Shown here: positions 16,793 through 24,767 of the stretch, piece after piece | Layout of the letters: each line of letters opens with the position of its first letter | Numbering within the stretch: position 1 is the stretch's first letter | DNA from: Candidatus Saccharimonadota bacterium | GTDB lineage: Archaea; Nanobdellota; Nanobdellia; Pacearchaeales; GW2011-AR1 | Direction of reading: 5' to 3' | Assembly (NCBI GenBank): GCA_049511795.1 | Contig: JBEKXS010000001.1 | Location: 60,001 to 92,000 of the forward strand | DNA length: 32,000 nucleotides | Made by a program: the position numbers and the translations under genes | Notes under the pieces: generated by a model | What the model saw: the letters and a program-made list of their open reading frames with translations, nothing else | What the model was told of the DNA's origin: nothing | Databases searched by the model: none

Positions 16793-16991
16793 CTTGAACT
16801 GCTCCTTCTATACCAGATGTTGGATTATTTAATTTTAACGCTGTTTTTTCACTTGGAAATCTCTTTGTGTATGCTTCAAATATATAAGGAAAACATTCTT
16901 CTTCTGTTGGATATAACTTTTTTAATCTTGCAACTTCTTCTTCAGGCAATTGGCTTGCATAGAATCTGACTCCCTGTTCAAGTCCTGTCAT
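16785..16991 (-). CDS. hypothetical 68-aa protein embedded between rpo7 and spt4
   Basis: The ATG at 16991 lies 1 nt after the rpo7 stop (16993-16995). Its stop overlaps the spt4 start by 8 nt. No motif recognised. Confidence 0.5.
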   Translation of the reverse strand: MTGLEQGVRFYASQLPEEEVARLKKLYPTEEECFPYIFEAYTKRFPSEKTALKLNNPTSGIEGAVQDA

Positions 16992-16992
16992 T

Positions 16993-17595
16993 TTACTTCT
17001 TTCCCCCTTTCTTTGCAGCTTTTGCTTCTTCTCTTTCTGTTTTTTTATTTTCCTTTTCTTTCTTCATAGAATCTTCTTTTATCCATTCAAGCTTTCCCAA
17101 TCCAGGCTGCCTCATTGTCAATCCTATTTTTGGCTCATCGCCTTTGTGACTTATAGCAACAATTCTTGCTAGGCACAAATCCCCTGATTTGAGAACTTTT
17201 TTGCTTGATTTTCCAGTAAGAGTATTTGTCTTTGAAAAACTGACGTAATCTTCCATTGTTTGGCTTATATGTATCATGCCCCTCATGCTTCCCATATCAA
17301 TGAAAGCGCCGAAGTTTGTTATCTCAGATATTGTTCCAAAAATAAGTTCATGCAGTTCAGGCTTCCATGTCAAAAGAGTGAATGTTGAATTGTAATAGGC
17401 TGCGCCGTCGCCAGGAATAAGAATTCCCTCGCCAACACGCAAAACATCTATGACAGAAATTACTTTTCCCAATTCCTTGTCATAATAATTAGCATAGCTT
17501 TCTCTCAACTGCTTTTCAACAGCCTCTATAGTAGGAATTCCGAATAGCTTTGGTTCAACACGTATATAGTCTTCAACTTCTGTAAGATAGAACAT
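16993..17595 (-). CDS. rpo7: DNA-directed RNA polymerase subunit Rpo7 (E')
   Basis: MFYLTEVEDYIRVEPKLFG N-terminal domain plus an S1 fold (GTISEITNFGAFIDMG..GMIHISQ). Lys/Glu-rich C-terminal extension. Confidence 0.9.
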   Translation of the reverse strand: MFYLTEVEDYIRVEPKLFGIPTIEAVEKQLRESYANYYDKELGKVISVIDVLRVGEGILIPGDGAAYYNSTFTLLTWKPELHELIFGTISEITNFGAFIDMGSMRGMIHISQTMEDYVSFSKTNTLTGKSSKKVLKSGDLCLARIVAISHKGDEPKIGLTMRQPGLGKLEWIKEDSMKKEKENKKTEREEAKAAKKGGKK

Positions 17596-17656
17596 TTTTA
17601 GCTTGTTTTGCTTTTTTTACCTGTTTGAAATAGTAAAAATCGGTTTAAAAAGCTTA

Positions 17657-17995
17657 TTATATAATTTCAAGTTTTTTTCTTCCTCGAATAATCATCTTTG
17701 AATTCCTTATTTTCTTTTGCAAGCCCTTGTCAAGAGTCGCCACGATTGCTGTCGGGTTTTTTCTGGCGAAAGAGATTATTGCATTGTCTGCATCTTTTCC
17801 TGGCATTTCCAGCAATTCAAATTCATTTTTATTAAGAATTCTGAGCGCAAGCTCTGCTCCAAGGCCTTTCAGCTCTTTTATTGTCTGTTCTGGAACAATA
17901 ATATGAAGTCCCTTGTCCTGTATTTCGTCAAAAAAATCTATTTTCTGGGCAACAGCTGTAATAATAAAGCTTGTGTCAAGTATTATATTTTTCAT
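17657..17995 (-). CDS. small PIN-domain protein (Fcf1/Utp24-like)
   Basis: ILDTSFII (first acidic residue), ..VPEQTIKEL.., ..DADNAII.., ..VATLDKGL... The position upstream of rpo7 is typical for archaea. Confidence 0.7.
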   Translation of the reverse strand: MKNIILDTSFIITAVAQKIDFFDEIQDKGLHIIVPEQTIKELKGLGAELALRILNKNEFELLEMPGKDADNAIISFARKNPTAIVATLDKGLQKKIRNSKMIIRGRKKLEII

Positions 17996-18068
17996 AAATA
18001 TTTCAGCAGATTATTGTATAAAAACTTAACATCTTAACATTTATTAATATAATTCTGCAACATATATA

Positions 18069-18632
18069 ATGCAAGAGAGGGATAACATTCTAAGAATTTT
18101 TCAGGAGACCAAGGTCGCTGTTGAAAGAGATGATTCTGCAGCAATTCACAGCCTGAGCAATCAGACAAACAATACAGCTGCGCTTACAAACGACCCTGAC
18201 AACATCGCTGCTGCAGTTGTTGTATATGCTTTGAGTAATATTGTTGAAAGAAAAGATTATTACTCAAGGGCGCAGGGATGGAAAAAGTTCTATGATTCAT
18301 ATCTTCTCACAATTGACAAAATAATTGATGCAATAGAGAACAGGGATGATGGTGCTTACAGGGAAAACATAAAAGTCATAAGAGGCGCAATAGAAAAACT
18401 TTCTGGAAAATTAAGGGATTACATCCAGGATGTATTCAGAAGAACAAGTATCAACAGGGCCTCAAAACTTTATGAGCACGGGCTTTCAATGGAAAAAACA
18501 TCAAAGCTTTTGGGAGTTTCAATGTTTGAGCTCGCAGAATATGCAGGGGCAAAGCAGCTTGGAGATGTTCCCCAAGCAAGAACAATGGATGTCAGGGAAA
18601 GAATTAAACTTGCAGTGGATTTTTTCAAATGA
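18069..18632 (+). CDS. hypothetical helical protein with a C-terminal helix-turn-helix-like segment
   Basis: 187 aa. GLSMEKTSKLLGVSMFELAEYAG looks like an HTH. Its stop overlaps the next start (ATGA at 18629-18632). Confidence 0.55.
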   Translation: MQERDNILRIFQETKVAVERDDSAAIHSLSNQTNNTAALTNDPDNIAAAVVVYALSNIVERKDYYSRAQGWKKFYDSYLLTIDKIIDAIENRDDGAYRENIKVIRGAIEKLSGKLRDYIQDVFRRTSINRASKLYEHGLSMEKTSKLLGVSMFELAEYAGAKQLGDVPQARTMDVRERIKLAVDFFK

Positions 18633-19360
18633 GCCGCGAACCAGTCAACATCGAAAAGCCGAAATATCTGCCAATAACAAAGAAGGCAATTCTTTTTGAC
18701 TCTGGACCAATAATAAGCTTCGCGATGAATGGAATGACAGGAGTTTTTCGCGAATTAAAAAAGATTTTCAGGGGAAAATTCATAATAACAAATGAAGTCA
18801 AGAGTGAGGTAATTGATGTTCCCTTAAGGATAAAAAGATTTGAGCTTGAAGCATTGATGATAAAAAGACTTCTTGATGAAGGGGTTTTTGAGCTGCCAAC
18901 TTCGCTTGATGTCAAGGATTCTGAAATTGAAAAAATAGATCAGGAATTTCTCAATACCGCAAACTCAACTTTCAATGGTGATGGAAAGGACATACATATT
19001 CTGGACCATGGAGAATCCTCATGCCTTGCATTGAGCAAAATCCTGAATGAAAAAGGAGTGAAAAACATAATAGCAATTGATGAGAGAACAACAAGACTTC
19101 TAGTTGAAAAGCCCGACAATCTTAAGGAACTTTTTGAGGAAAGATTTCACACAAAAATAAAAATGGATTCAGAAAAAACAAAAATGTTTACCAATTTCAA
19201 GATCATCCGCTCCCCTGAGCTTGCATATGTTGCATACAAAAATAACCTTCTTGGAATAAAAGACGGAAAAACAATCCTTGATGCTGTTCTTTATTCAATG
19301 AAATTCAAGGGAGCTTCGATTTCCGGCGAGGAAATCGAGCAGATAAAAAGCATTGGATAA
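18629..19360 (+). CDS. PIN-like domain protein (243 aa)
   Basis: Ordered acidic positions consistent with a PIN fold: ILFDSGPII, ITNEVKSEV, LDHGESSCLAL, IIAIDERTT. Translationally coupled to the upstream gene. Confidence 0.5.
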   Translation: MSREPVNIEKPKYLPITKKAILFDSGPIISFAMNGMTGVFRELKKIFRGKFIITNEVKSEVIDVPLRIKRFELEALMIKRLLDEGVFELPTSLDVKDSEIEKIDQEFLNTANSTFNGDGKDIHILDHGESSCLALSKILNEKGVKNIIAIDERTTRLLVEKPDNLKELFEERFHTKIKMDSEKTKMFTNFKIIRSPELAYVAYKNNLLGIKDGKTILDAVLYSMKFKGASISGEEIEQIKSIG

Positions 19361-19364
19361 AAGC

Positions 19365-19373
19365 TTTTAAAAA
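19365..19373 (+). promoter_or_regulatory. TATA box for tRNA-Trp
   Basis: TTTTAAAAA is centred ~28 nt upstream of 19397. Confidence 0.45.
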
Positions 19374-19396
19374 TCAATTACTTCTTCTAAAAATAA

Positions 19397-19467
19397 GGGT
19401 GCGTAGGCTAGTGGTAGACTACCTGGCTCCAGCCCAGGAGATGGGGGTTCGATTCCCTCCGTGCCCA
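19397..19467 (+). tRNA. tRNA-Trp (anticodon CCA at 19429-19431), no intron, no encoded CCA
   Basis: Acceptor GGGTGCG/CGTGCCC (two G-U pairs). Anticodon stem CCTGG/CCAGG with loop CTCCAGC. T-arm GGGGG-TTCGATT-CCCTC. The D-stem is weak (GGCT/GACT, one C-A mismatch). Confidence 0.8.
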
Positions 19468-19520
19468 TTTTCTAACACAAGTATAACAATTCTTATAAGT
19501 AACAATTTTATTTTTGAGAA

Positions 19521-19934
19521 ATGAAAACACTTGAAGTTGTTGCAGCTGTTATTGAAAAAGATGGAAAATTTTTAGTAGCGCAAAAACCATCAAATCATGC
19601 GGTTATCCCAAATAAATGGGAATTTCCCGGCGGAAGAACAGATGGTCAAGCTCATAATGTAGCATTGAAACGTGAGTTAAGAGAAGAAATGGATGGTTTT
19701 GAAGTTGATATTGAAAGGTTTTTAGGAAAATATACTCACTCTTATGATGGAAAGACAATGATTGAATTATATGCCTATCTATGCTATCCAAAAAATGAGC
19801 CAAGATGCCTGGAGCATCAGAAAATTGCATGGGTTGATCCAAGAAATTTATTATTCTATGATATGGCTCACATTGATATGGAAATTGTCAGAACAGCATT
19901 AGTAAGAAAAACTCAGTATCCAAAAAGTTCTTAA
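19521..19934 (+). CDS. NUDIX hydrolase (MutT-like)
   Basis: NUDIX box GGRTDGQAHNVALKRELREEMDG (G-x5-E-x7-R-E-x2-E-E). 137 aa. Confidence 0.85.
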   Translation: MKTLEVVAAVIEKDGKFLVAQKPSNHAVIPNKWEFPGGRTDGQAHNVALKRELREEMDGFEVDIERFLGKYTHSYDGKTMIELYAYLCYPKNEPRCLEHQKIAWVDPRNLLFYDMAHIDMEIVRTALVRKTQYPKSS

Positions 19935-19956
19935 ATCAATTTTATTTGAATCAGCT

Positions 19957-20118
19957 ATGGCATCATATCCACCAGGACCCCAGAAAGTCAAGATAGACTA
20001 CAACATAGACAGAAAAGCCTATGATGACTTTGTAAGGACATGCAGCAGAAAGGGAATGGCACCTCAGGTAATCTTGGAACAGGCAATGAGAAAATACGCA
20101 CAGACAGGACAAATTTAA
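19957..20118 (+). CDS. small ribbon-helix-helix-like protein (53 aa; below the ORF-track length cutoff)
   Basis: Hand translation: MASYPPGPQKVKIDYNIDRKAYDDFVRTCSRKGMAPQVILEQAMRKYAQTGQI. Strand-helix-helix pattern typical of CopG/RHH proteins. Co-directional with its neighbours. Confidence 0.4.
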   Translation: MASYPPGPQKVKIDYNIDRKAYDDFVRTCSRKGMAPQVILEQAMRKYAQTGQI

Positions 20119-20201
20119 GCAGTTGACAAATTCAACATTCATAAACTTCTTAAAGCCATTTTTCGATAGATAAAAATAAAAGAGGATTAACATAAATAAT
20201 A

Positions 20202-20324
20202 ATGAGCTATGATGGTTCGCATCTTGTATGCGAAAAACACGAAATCGCAACAATATACTGCACAATAAATAAAGAATGGGTTTGTGTTGAATGTGAAATT
20301 GAGAAAAAAAGTAAATCATGGTAA
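20202..20324 (+). CDS. small Cys/His zinc-finger-like protein (40 aa)
   Basis: Hand translation: MSYDGSHLVCEKHEIATIYCTINKEWVCVECEIEKKSKSW. C-x2-H-x6-C-x7-C-x2-C spacing resembles a B-box-type finger. It ends 12 nt before htpX. Confidence 0.3.
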   Translation: MSYDGSHLVCEKHEIATIYCTINKEWVCVECEIEKKSKSW

Positions 20325-20336
20325 ATAAAAAATAAA

Positions 20337-21194
20337 ATGTGGAATCAAATCAAAACAGTCTTGCTGCTAGGAATACTTACTGCAATACTATTACTAATAG
20401 GGGGATTTTTCGGGACAACAGGACTTACTATAGCTATTATTATAGTTGTTCTTATGAATTCCATAACATATTTCTTTTCTGACAAGATTGCCCTTATGAT
20501 GTACAGGGCAAAGCTATTGAAGAAAACAGAATATCCGTGGCTTCATGCGATGGTGAAAGATTTGGCAAAGAAATCAGGAATACCCGAGCCAAAGGGAATT
20601 TACATAATACCTACTGAACAAGCAAATGCTTTCTGTGCTGGTCGCGGGCCAAAGCACTATGTTGTAGCATGTACAGAAGGAATTCTTAAAATTCTTGACA
20701 AAGACGAACTAAAAGGAGTTTTAAGCCATGAATTAAGCCATGCAAAGAACAGAGATGTTCTTATTGCAACAGTTGCAGCAACAATTGCTGGTGTTATTTC
20801 TTATCTTGCTCAGATGGCGCAGTTCGCCGCGATTTTTGGAGGAATGGGAAGAAACAGCAATAATAACAATAATTCAGGAGGAATGATTGAGCTTCTTGTT
20901 CTGGCAATTCTTACACCAATTATTGCTTTAATTATTCAGCTTTCAATCTCAAGAAGCAGAGAATACATGGCAGACGAAAGCGGGGCAAAACTTCTCAATG
21001 ACGGAAAGCCTTTGGCAATTGCTCTGGAAAAAATAGATAGTTCTGTAAAACAAAAGCCAATGAAATTTGGAAACAAGGCTGCAAGCACTCTGTTTATTGA
21101 AAATCCTTTTCAAGGCAGCGCACTTTTGAACCTTTTTTCAACCCATCCACCTACTGCTGAAAGAATAAGAAGACTGAAGGAAATGAAGTTCTGA
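20337..21194 (+). CDS. htpX: zinc metalloprotease HtpX (M48 family)
   Basis: Two N-terminal TM segments, HELSHAKNRD (HExxH), two further TM segments, REYMADESGA (third ligand Glu), STHPPTAERI. Confidence 0.9.
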   Translation: MWNQIKTVLLLGILTAILLLIGGFFGTTGLTIAIIIVVLMNSITYFFSDKIALMMYRAKLLKKTEYPWLHAMVKDLAKKSGIPEPKGIYIIPTEQANAFCAGRGPKHYVVACTEGILKILDKDELKGVLSHELSHAKNRDVLIATVAATIAGVISYLAQMAQFAAIFGGMGRNSNNNNNSGGMIELLVLAILTPIIALIIQLSISRSREYMADESGAKLLNDGKPLAIALEKIDSSVKQKPMKFGNKAASTLFIENPFQGSALLNLFSTHPPTAERIRRLKEMKF

Positions 21195-21240
21195 GAAATA
21201 AAAGCTTTTAAATCTCTAAACACCTCTGAAAAGCATTAAA

Positions 21241-22743
21241 ATGTGCAGATTAAAATTGTTTTTCATTGGGTTAATCTTCTCTTTATTCGGCATTTTGTTT
21301 ATTGTTCAATTAGTCAGTGCAACAGGCCCAAATATATTCCCAGGGATATTTTATGATAATGTAACAAATATAACAATAACAATCGGGCAGAACAACTCAA
21401 TAACTAATTTTTATATGAATACTTCAAATTCTTATTTCGATAATCAAAGTATTGTTTTTTCAACTAATTCTGGAAGTGCAACACAAAAATTTACAGTTTC
21501 TAGTATGCTTGGTTCTGTTGACGGGCAAGTAAGCATACAAAAAGGTATGCAAATACCTAAATTCCTAAGTATGAATCTTCATCCTCTTTCTCCATGGGAT
21601 GCTTATCTTCCAGAAGCTCTTTCAGGGTATAACTTAACAATAAGTCAAATAAACAATGATTGCATAACAAACAACTGTTCAATATTCAACCAATATCTAA
21701 TTAATGATAACATAATCATTCCATCAAAAACAAATCTTATATTCACAAAAAATAGCACAAATTACAGTTTCGCAAATGATTATGGTTATGATAATATAAG
21801 CAGTTATCAAAGTAGTATAAGCCAAATAATAACTGATAGCATAATGCAAATGAACATATCAAATATAATATCAGACATGCTGCCAATGATAACAAATAAC
21901 TTGACATATTACAATGTAGATGTTTCACAACTTCTTCTAAGTGCAATTAATTCTAATTATAGAGTGAGTTATATAAATCTCTCAAAAATCAACTTTAAAA
22001 ATGGTAGTTATACTATTCCTATTACAATAGCTAATGGAACTAATTCAATCATAAAAAATATTTTAGTAAAACTTCAGGACATTTCAAACACAACTCAAAT
22101 AGCAGATACAACTCCACCAGTCATAACAGTAATTTCTCCAAATAATAATGAATTATTTAATGTTTCAAATGTTACTCTTGACATAAATACAAGTGAAGAT
22201 GCAAGTGGGTGGTACAATTTGAATGGAACAAATGTTTCTATGACAAGAACTTCCCCTACTTCGTTTGAAAATGATTTATCTCTTTCAGATGGAAATTATG
22301 TTGTGATTTTCTATGCAGAAGATTTATCAGGGAATATTGGACAAACAACAACAAACTTTAACATAAACACAACAATAATTTCCAGTAATAATATAGGAAC
22401 TAATAATAATAGTAATAGTAGTAATAATGGAAATAATGGTGGATCTTCTGGAGGAGATAGTAATGGAGGAAGTTCTGGTGGTGGAGGCGGTGGTGGAGGA
22501 AGTAGTGGAGGTCACAGTTCTTATGTAAATACACCTCTTAGCAATTCTTTGCCTAATCAAAATGCAAACCCCCAAACAGGAACAATAACTGCACAAGCAA
22601 CAGCTCCATTAAACAGCAAGAACAGCTCATTTGATATAACTGGAGTTTTAGTTATTCTGGGGATATTCGCCGGACTTGGCATTTTTTTAGCTATAATAAC
22701 TTTTTCATTAAATCATAAAAAAATTAGAAATGAAAAATTATAG
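21241..22743 (+). CDS. secreted, C-terminally membrane-anchored surface protein, very rich in N-x-S/T sequons (paralog 1)
   Basis: Signal peptide ..LVSA/TG. Ig-like module TTPPVITVISPNNNELFNVSNVTL...DGNYVVIFYAEDLSGN. Asn/Ser/Gly low-complexity linker. C-terminal TM segment followed by HKKIRNEKL. Confidence 0.75.
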   Translation: MCRLKLFFIGLIFSLFGILFIVQLVSATGPNIFPGIFYDNVTNITITIGQNNSITNFYMNTSNSYFDNQSIVFSTNSGSATQKFTVSSMLGSVDGQVSIQKGMQIPKFLSMNLHPLSPWDAYLPEALSGYNLTISQINNDCITNNCSIFNQYLINDNIIIPSKTNLIFTKNSTNYSFANDYGYDNISSYQSSISQIITDSIMQMNISNIISDMLPMITNNLTYYNVDVSQLLLSAINSNYRVSYINLSKINFKNGSYTIPITIANGTNSIIKNILVKLQDISNTTQIADTTPPVITVISPNNNELFNVSNVTLDINTSEDASGWYNLNGTNVSMTRTSPTSFENDLSLSDGNYVVIFYAEDLSGNIGQTTTNFNINTTIISSNNIGTNNNSNSSNNGNNGGSSGGDSNGGSSGGGGGGGGSSGGHSSYVNTPLSNSLPNQNANPQTGTITAQATAPLNSKNSSFDITGVLVILGIFAGLGIFLAIITFSLNHKKIRNEKL

Positions 22744-23368
22744 GAATATAAGGTCAAAAGTAATTGGTCTGGGTATTGCTGCTATGGCTACTGCTTTCGC
22801 ATCTTGCAAAGATGTACCATTTATGCCAAGATGGGATACTGATTTTTACATGCCTTTGAGCACAAGAGCAATTTATCTCAAGGATTATTTTCAATTTGGA
22901 TTTATACCTTCAGGAATTTCAGCAAATGTAAGCTTTTCTCCTGAAAAGCAGGAACTTCCAGGAGTAGTCAGAGATGCTTTAAAAAATATAGAAACAAATT
23001 CTACAAGAGCAAGAACAGTTCTGACCCTAAACTTATCAAAAAGTACTCCAATAACAACAAGTGATACAATATTAATAACAAAAGATTCTGCAAGTCTTAC
23101 AAATCCTGGCTTGGAAGATATTGTCTTTCCAGTAAATCTAGGCAGTAATGATACTTTAGTAACAGATTCTATACAATTAACTATGCCTTCAATTAGGATG
23201 CTGCAAGATGCAGCATATAATGGGTCTCCATTATGGGTTCAAATGAGAGGTTATGTAAGCAATGATAGTAGTTATTCTATCCCAATAAATGCCTCAGACT
23301 CTATTACTGCAAAATTATCAATAACAGCTAGAATTTTTATATCAGAGAGAGGTGGTGGAAAACCATGA
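22730..23368 (+). CDS. putative lipoprotein (lipobox-like AFASC), function unknown
   Basis: MKNYRNIRSKVIGLGIAAMATAFAS-C: n-region, h-region, then Cys. The start overlaps the upstream stop by 14 nt. The stop overlaps the downstream start (ATGA at 23365-23368). Confidence 0.6.
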   Translation: MKNYRNIRSKVIGLGIAAMATAFASCKDVPFMPRWDTDFYMPLSTRAIYLKDYFQFGFIPSGISANVSFSPEKQELPGVVRDALKNIETNSTRARTVLTLNLSKSTPITTSDTILITKDSASLTNPGLEDIVFPVNLGSNDTLVTDSIQLTMPSIRMLQDAAYNGSPLWVQMRGYVSNDSSYSIPINASDSITAKLSITARIFISERGGGKP

Positions 23369-24708
23369 AGAAGATTTTACTGGGGTTAGTTAGTCTTCTA
23401 CTCCCAACAGTACTTAATGCACAACTCCCAAATCCATCGACTCGTGCTCTTGGAATGGATGGAGCATATACTTCAATAGCTCAAGGTTATGAATCCACAT
23501 TTTGGAACCCAGCAATGTTGGCAACAGAAGGTAGACCTAAATTTAGTATTAGTCTGCCTCATGGAGATTTAGAAATAGGTAGTAATATCTATAATTTTTC
23601 TGATTTTGGAAAATATGCAAATCATTACCTAAGTGACTCAGATAAGCAAACTTTGTTGAGTAAACTAGAACCAGGTCTACCACTTAGAATCCATACAGAA
23701 TTTGGTGTTGTACCTTTTGGATTATCAATCGGTCAATTTGCTATGGCAATTGGCACATATGGCGAAGGTAATGCGTCAATTAGTAATGATGCTATGCAAT
23801 TGTTATTGTATGGTAACTCTACTCTCAGTAATCCAAATCAATTATTTACTGCTAACGGATCAAGAGGAAATGGGTTAGTTGCAACAACCGCTGCAGTAAG
23901 TTTTGCATTACCATTCTCTTTACGAAACAATCGCTTATCTTTTGGTATTACAGGCAAGTATACAATTGGTCACTTCCTGGCTTCTGTAGAGGATTTTGGT
24001 TCGAATATAAACACAAATCCTTCATTTCATATAACAGAAGCAGCACAAGCTATTTATACAAATTATAGTAGTGATTGCAAAAGTATCAATCCATTTAGTA
24101 ATAGTGATTGTGGGGGTATGGCAGGAAGAGGCATAAGTGCAGATTTTGGAGTTACTTTGCAGATTCCAAATAGGGATATAACAATTTCAGCTGTTTTAGT
24201 CAATGGTCTTGGTAGTATGACTTGGAACCAAAATCGTTTTGTTTATAAGCGCACAAAATGCCAGATAGATTATATGTCATCAGATAATTTTATTAAGACA
24301 TGCACTGATTCAACAAAACTAACAACAGAAGAATCAATCAATGCCGATTCACAGGCACGTGTTTTTCGTGATTCTTTGTTGCATAACTCAAATTTCTCTA
24401 GATTAATCCGGACCGGATTTGCACTTAAAAAGAAGAATCTTACTATAGGTAGTACAATGCAGTTTAGATTGGGTAAAGGATTTGATGAACAACCGGAACA
24501 ACTTATTTCTGCTGGTTTGGAATACAATATTTTAGGTTTTCTACCAGTTAGAATTGGGTCTTCATGGGATTTTAATAAAACCAAAACTTTTTCAGCAGGT
24601 ACAGGACTTAAGATTTCAAGAGTAAATGTTGATGTTTCTATAACAAGTATCTCTGGACCATCTTATTCAGGACTACGATTAGGAGCTGGTACCAGTCTTA
24701 TATGGTAA
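23365..24708 (+). CDS. FadL/TodX/PorV-like outer-membrane beta-barrel protein (bacterial-type)
   Basis: Sec signal MKKILLGLVSLLLPTVLNA/Q. The N-terminal plug motif RALGMDGAYTSIAQGYESTFWNPAMLATEGRPKFSIS parallels GLGRAYSGEGAIADD..NPAL..RPTFSAG as I recall the E. coli FadL sequence. Repeated amphipathic strands follow (LSFGITGKYTIGH, ISADFGVTLQI, ISAGLEYNILGF, FSAGTGLKISRVNVDVSI). C-terminal beta-signal ..LRLGAGTSLIW. GGTGG-type RBS upstream. Confidence 0.6.
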   Translation: MKKILLGLVSLLLPTVLNAQLPNPSTRALGMDGAYTSIAQGYESTFWNPAMLATEGRPKFSISLPHGDLEIGSNIYNFSDFGKYANHYLSDSDKQTLLSKLEPGLPLRIHTEFGVVPFGLSIGQFAMAIGTYGEGNASISNDAMQLLLYGNSTLSNPNQLFTANGSRGNGLVATTAAVSFALPFSLRNNRLSFGITGKYTIGHFLASVEDFGSNINTNPSFHITEAAQAIYTNYSSDCKSINPFSNSDCGGMAGRGISADFGVTLQIPNRDITISAVLVNGLGSMTWNQNRFVYKRTKCQIDYMSSDNFIKTCTDSTKLTTEESINADSQARVFRDSLLHNSNFSRLIRTGFALKKKNLTIGSTMQFRLGKGFDEQPEQLISAGLEYNILGFLPVRIGSSWDFNKTKTFSAGTGLKISRVNVDVSITSISGPSYSGLRLGAGTSLIW

Positions 24709-24767
24709 AGAATTGCTGCGTCTCTAAGTAAAAAAGAAGTATTATTATGTACAACAAAAATTTATAA

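Noticed and set aside
19397-19467. tRNA-Trp as a pseudogene because of its weak D-stem (G-U, G-C, C-A, U-G)
   Set aside because: The acceptor, anticodon and T arms are sound, a TATA box is correctly spaced and a T-run follows. Degenerate D-arms are tolerated in reduced genomes. I kept it as a functional call and flagged the weak stem in the evidence.
19963-20319. 118-aa minus-strand ORF between NUDIX and htpX
   Set aside because: The sequence is Phe/Leu/Cys/His-rich and not protein-like. It runs antisense to two compact plus-strand ORFs with recognisable folds and opposes all neighbouring genes in direction.
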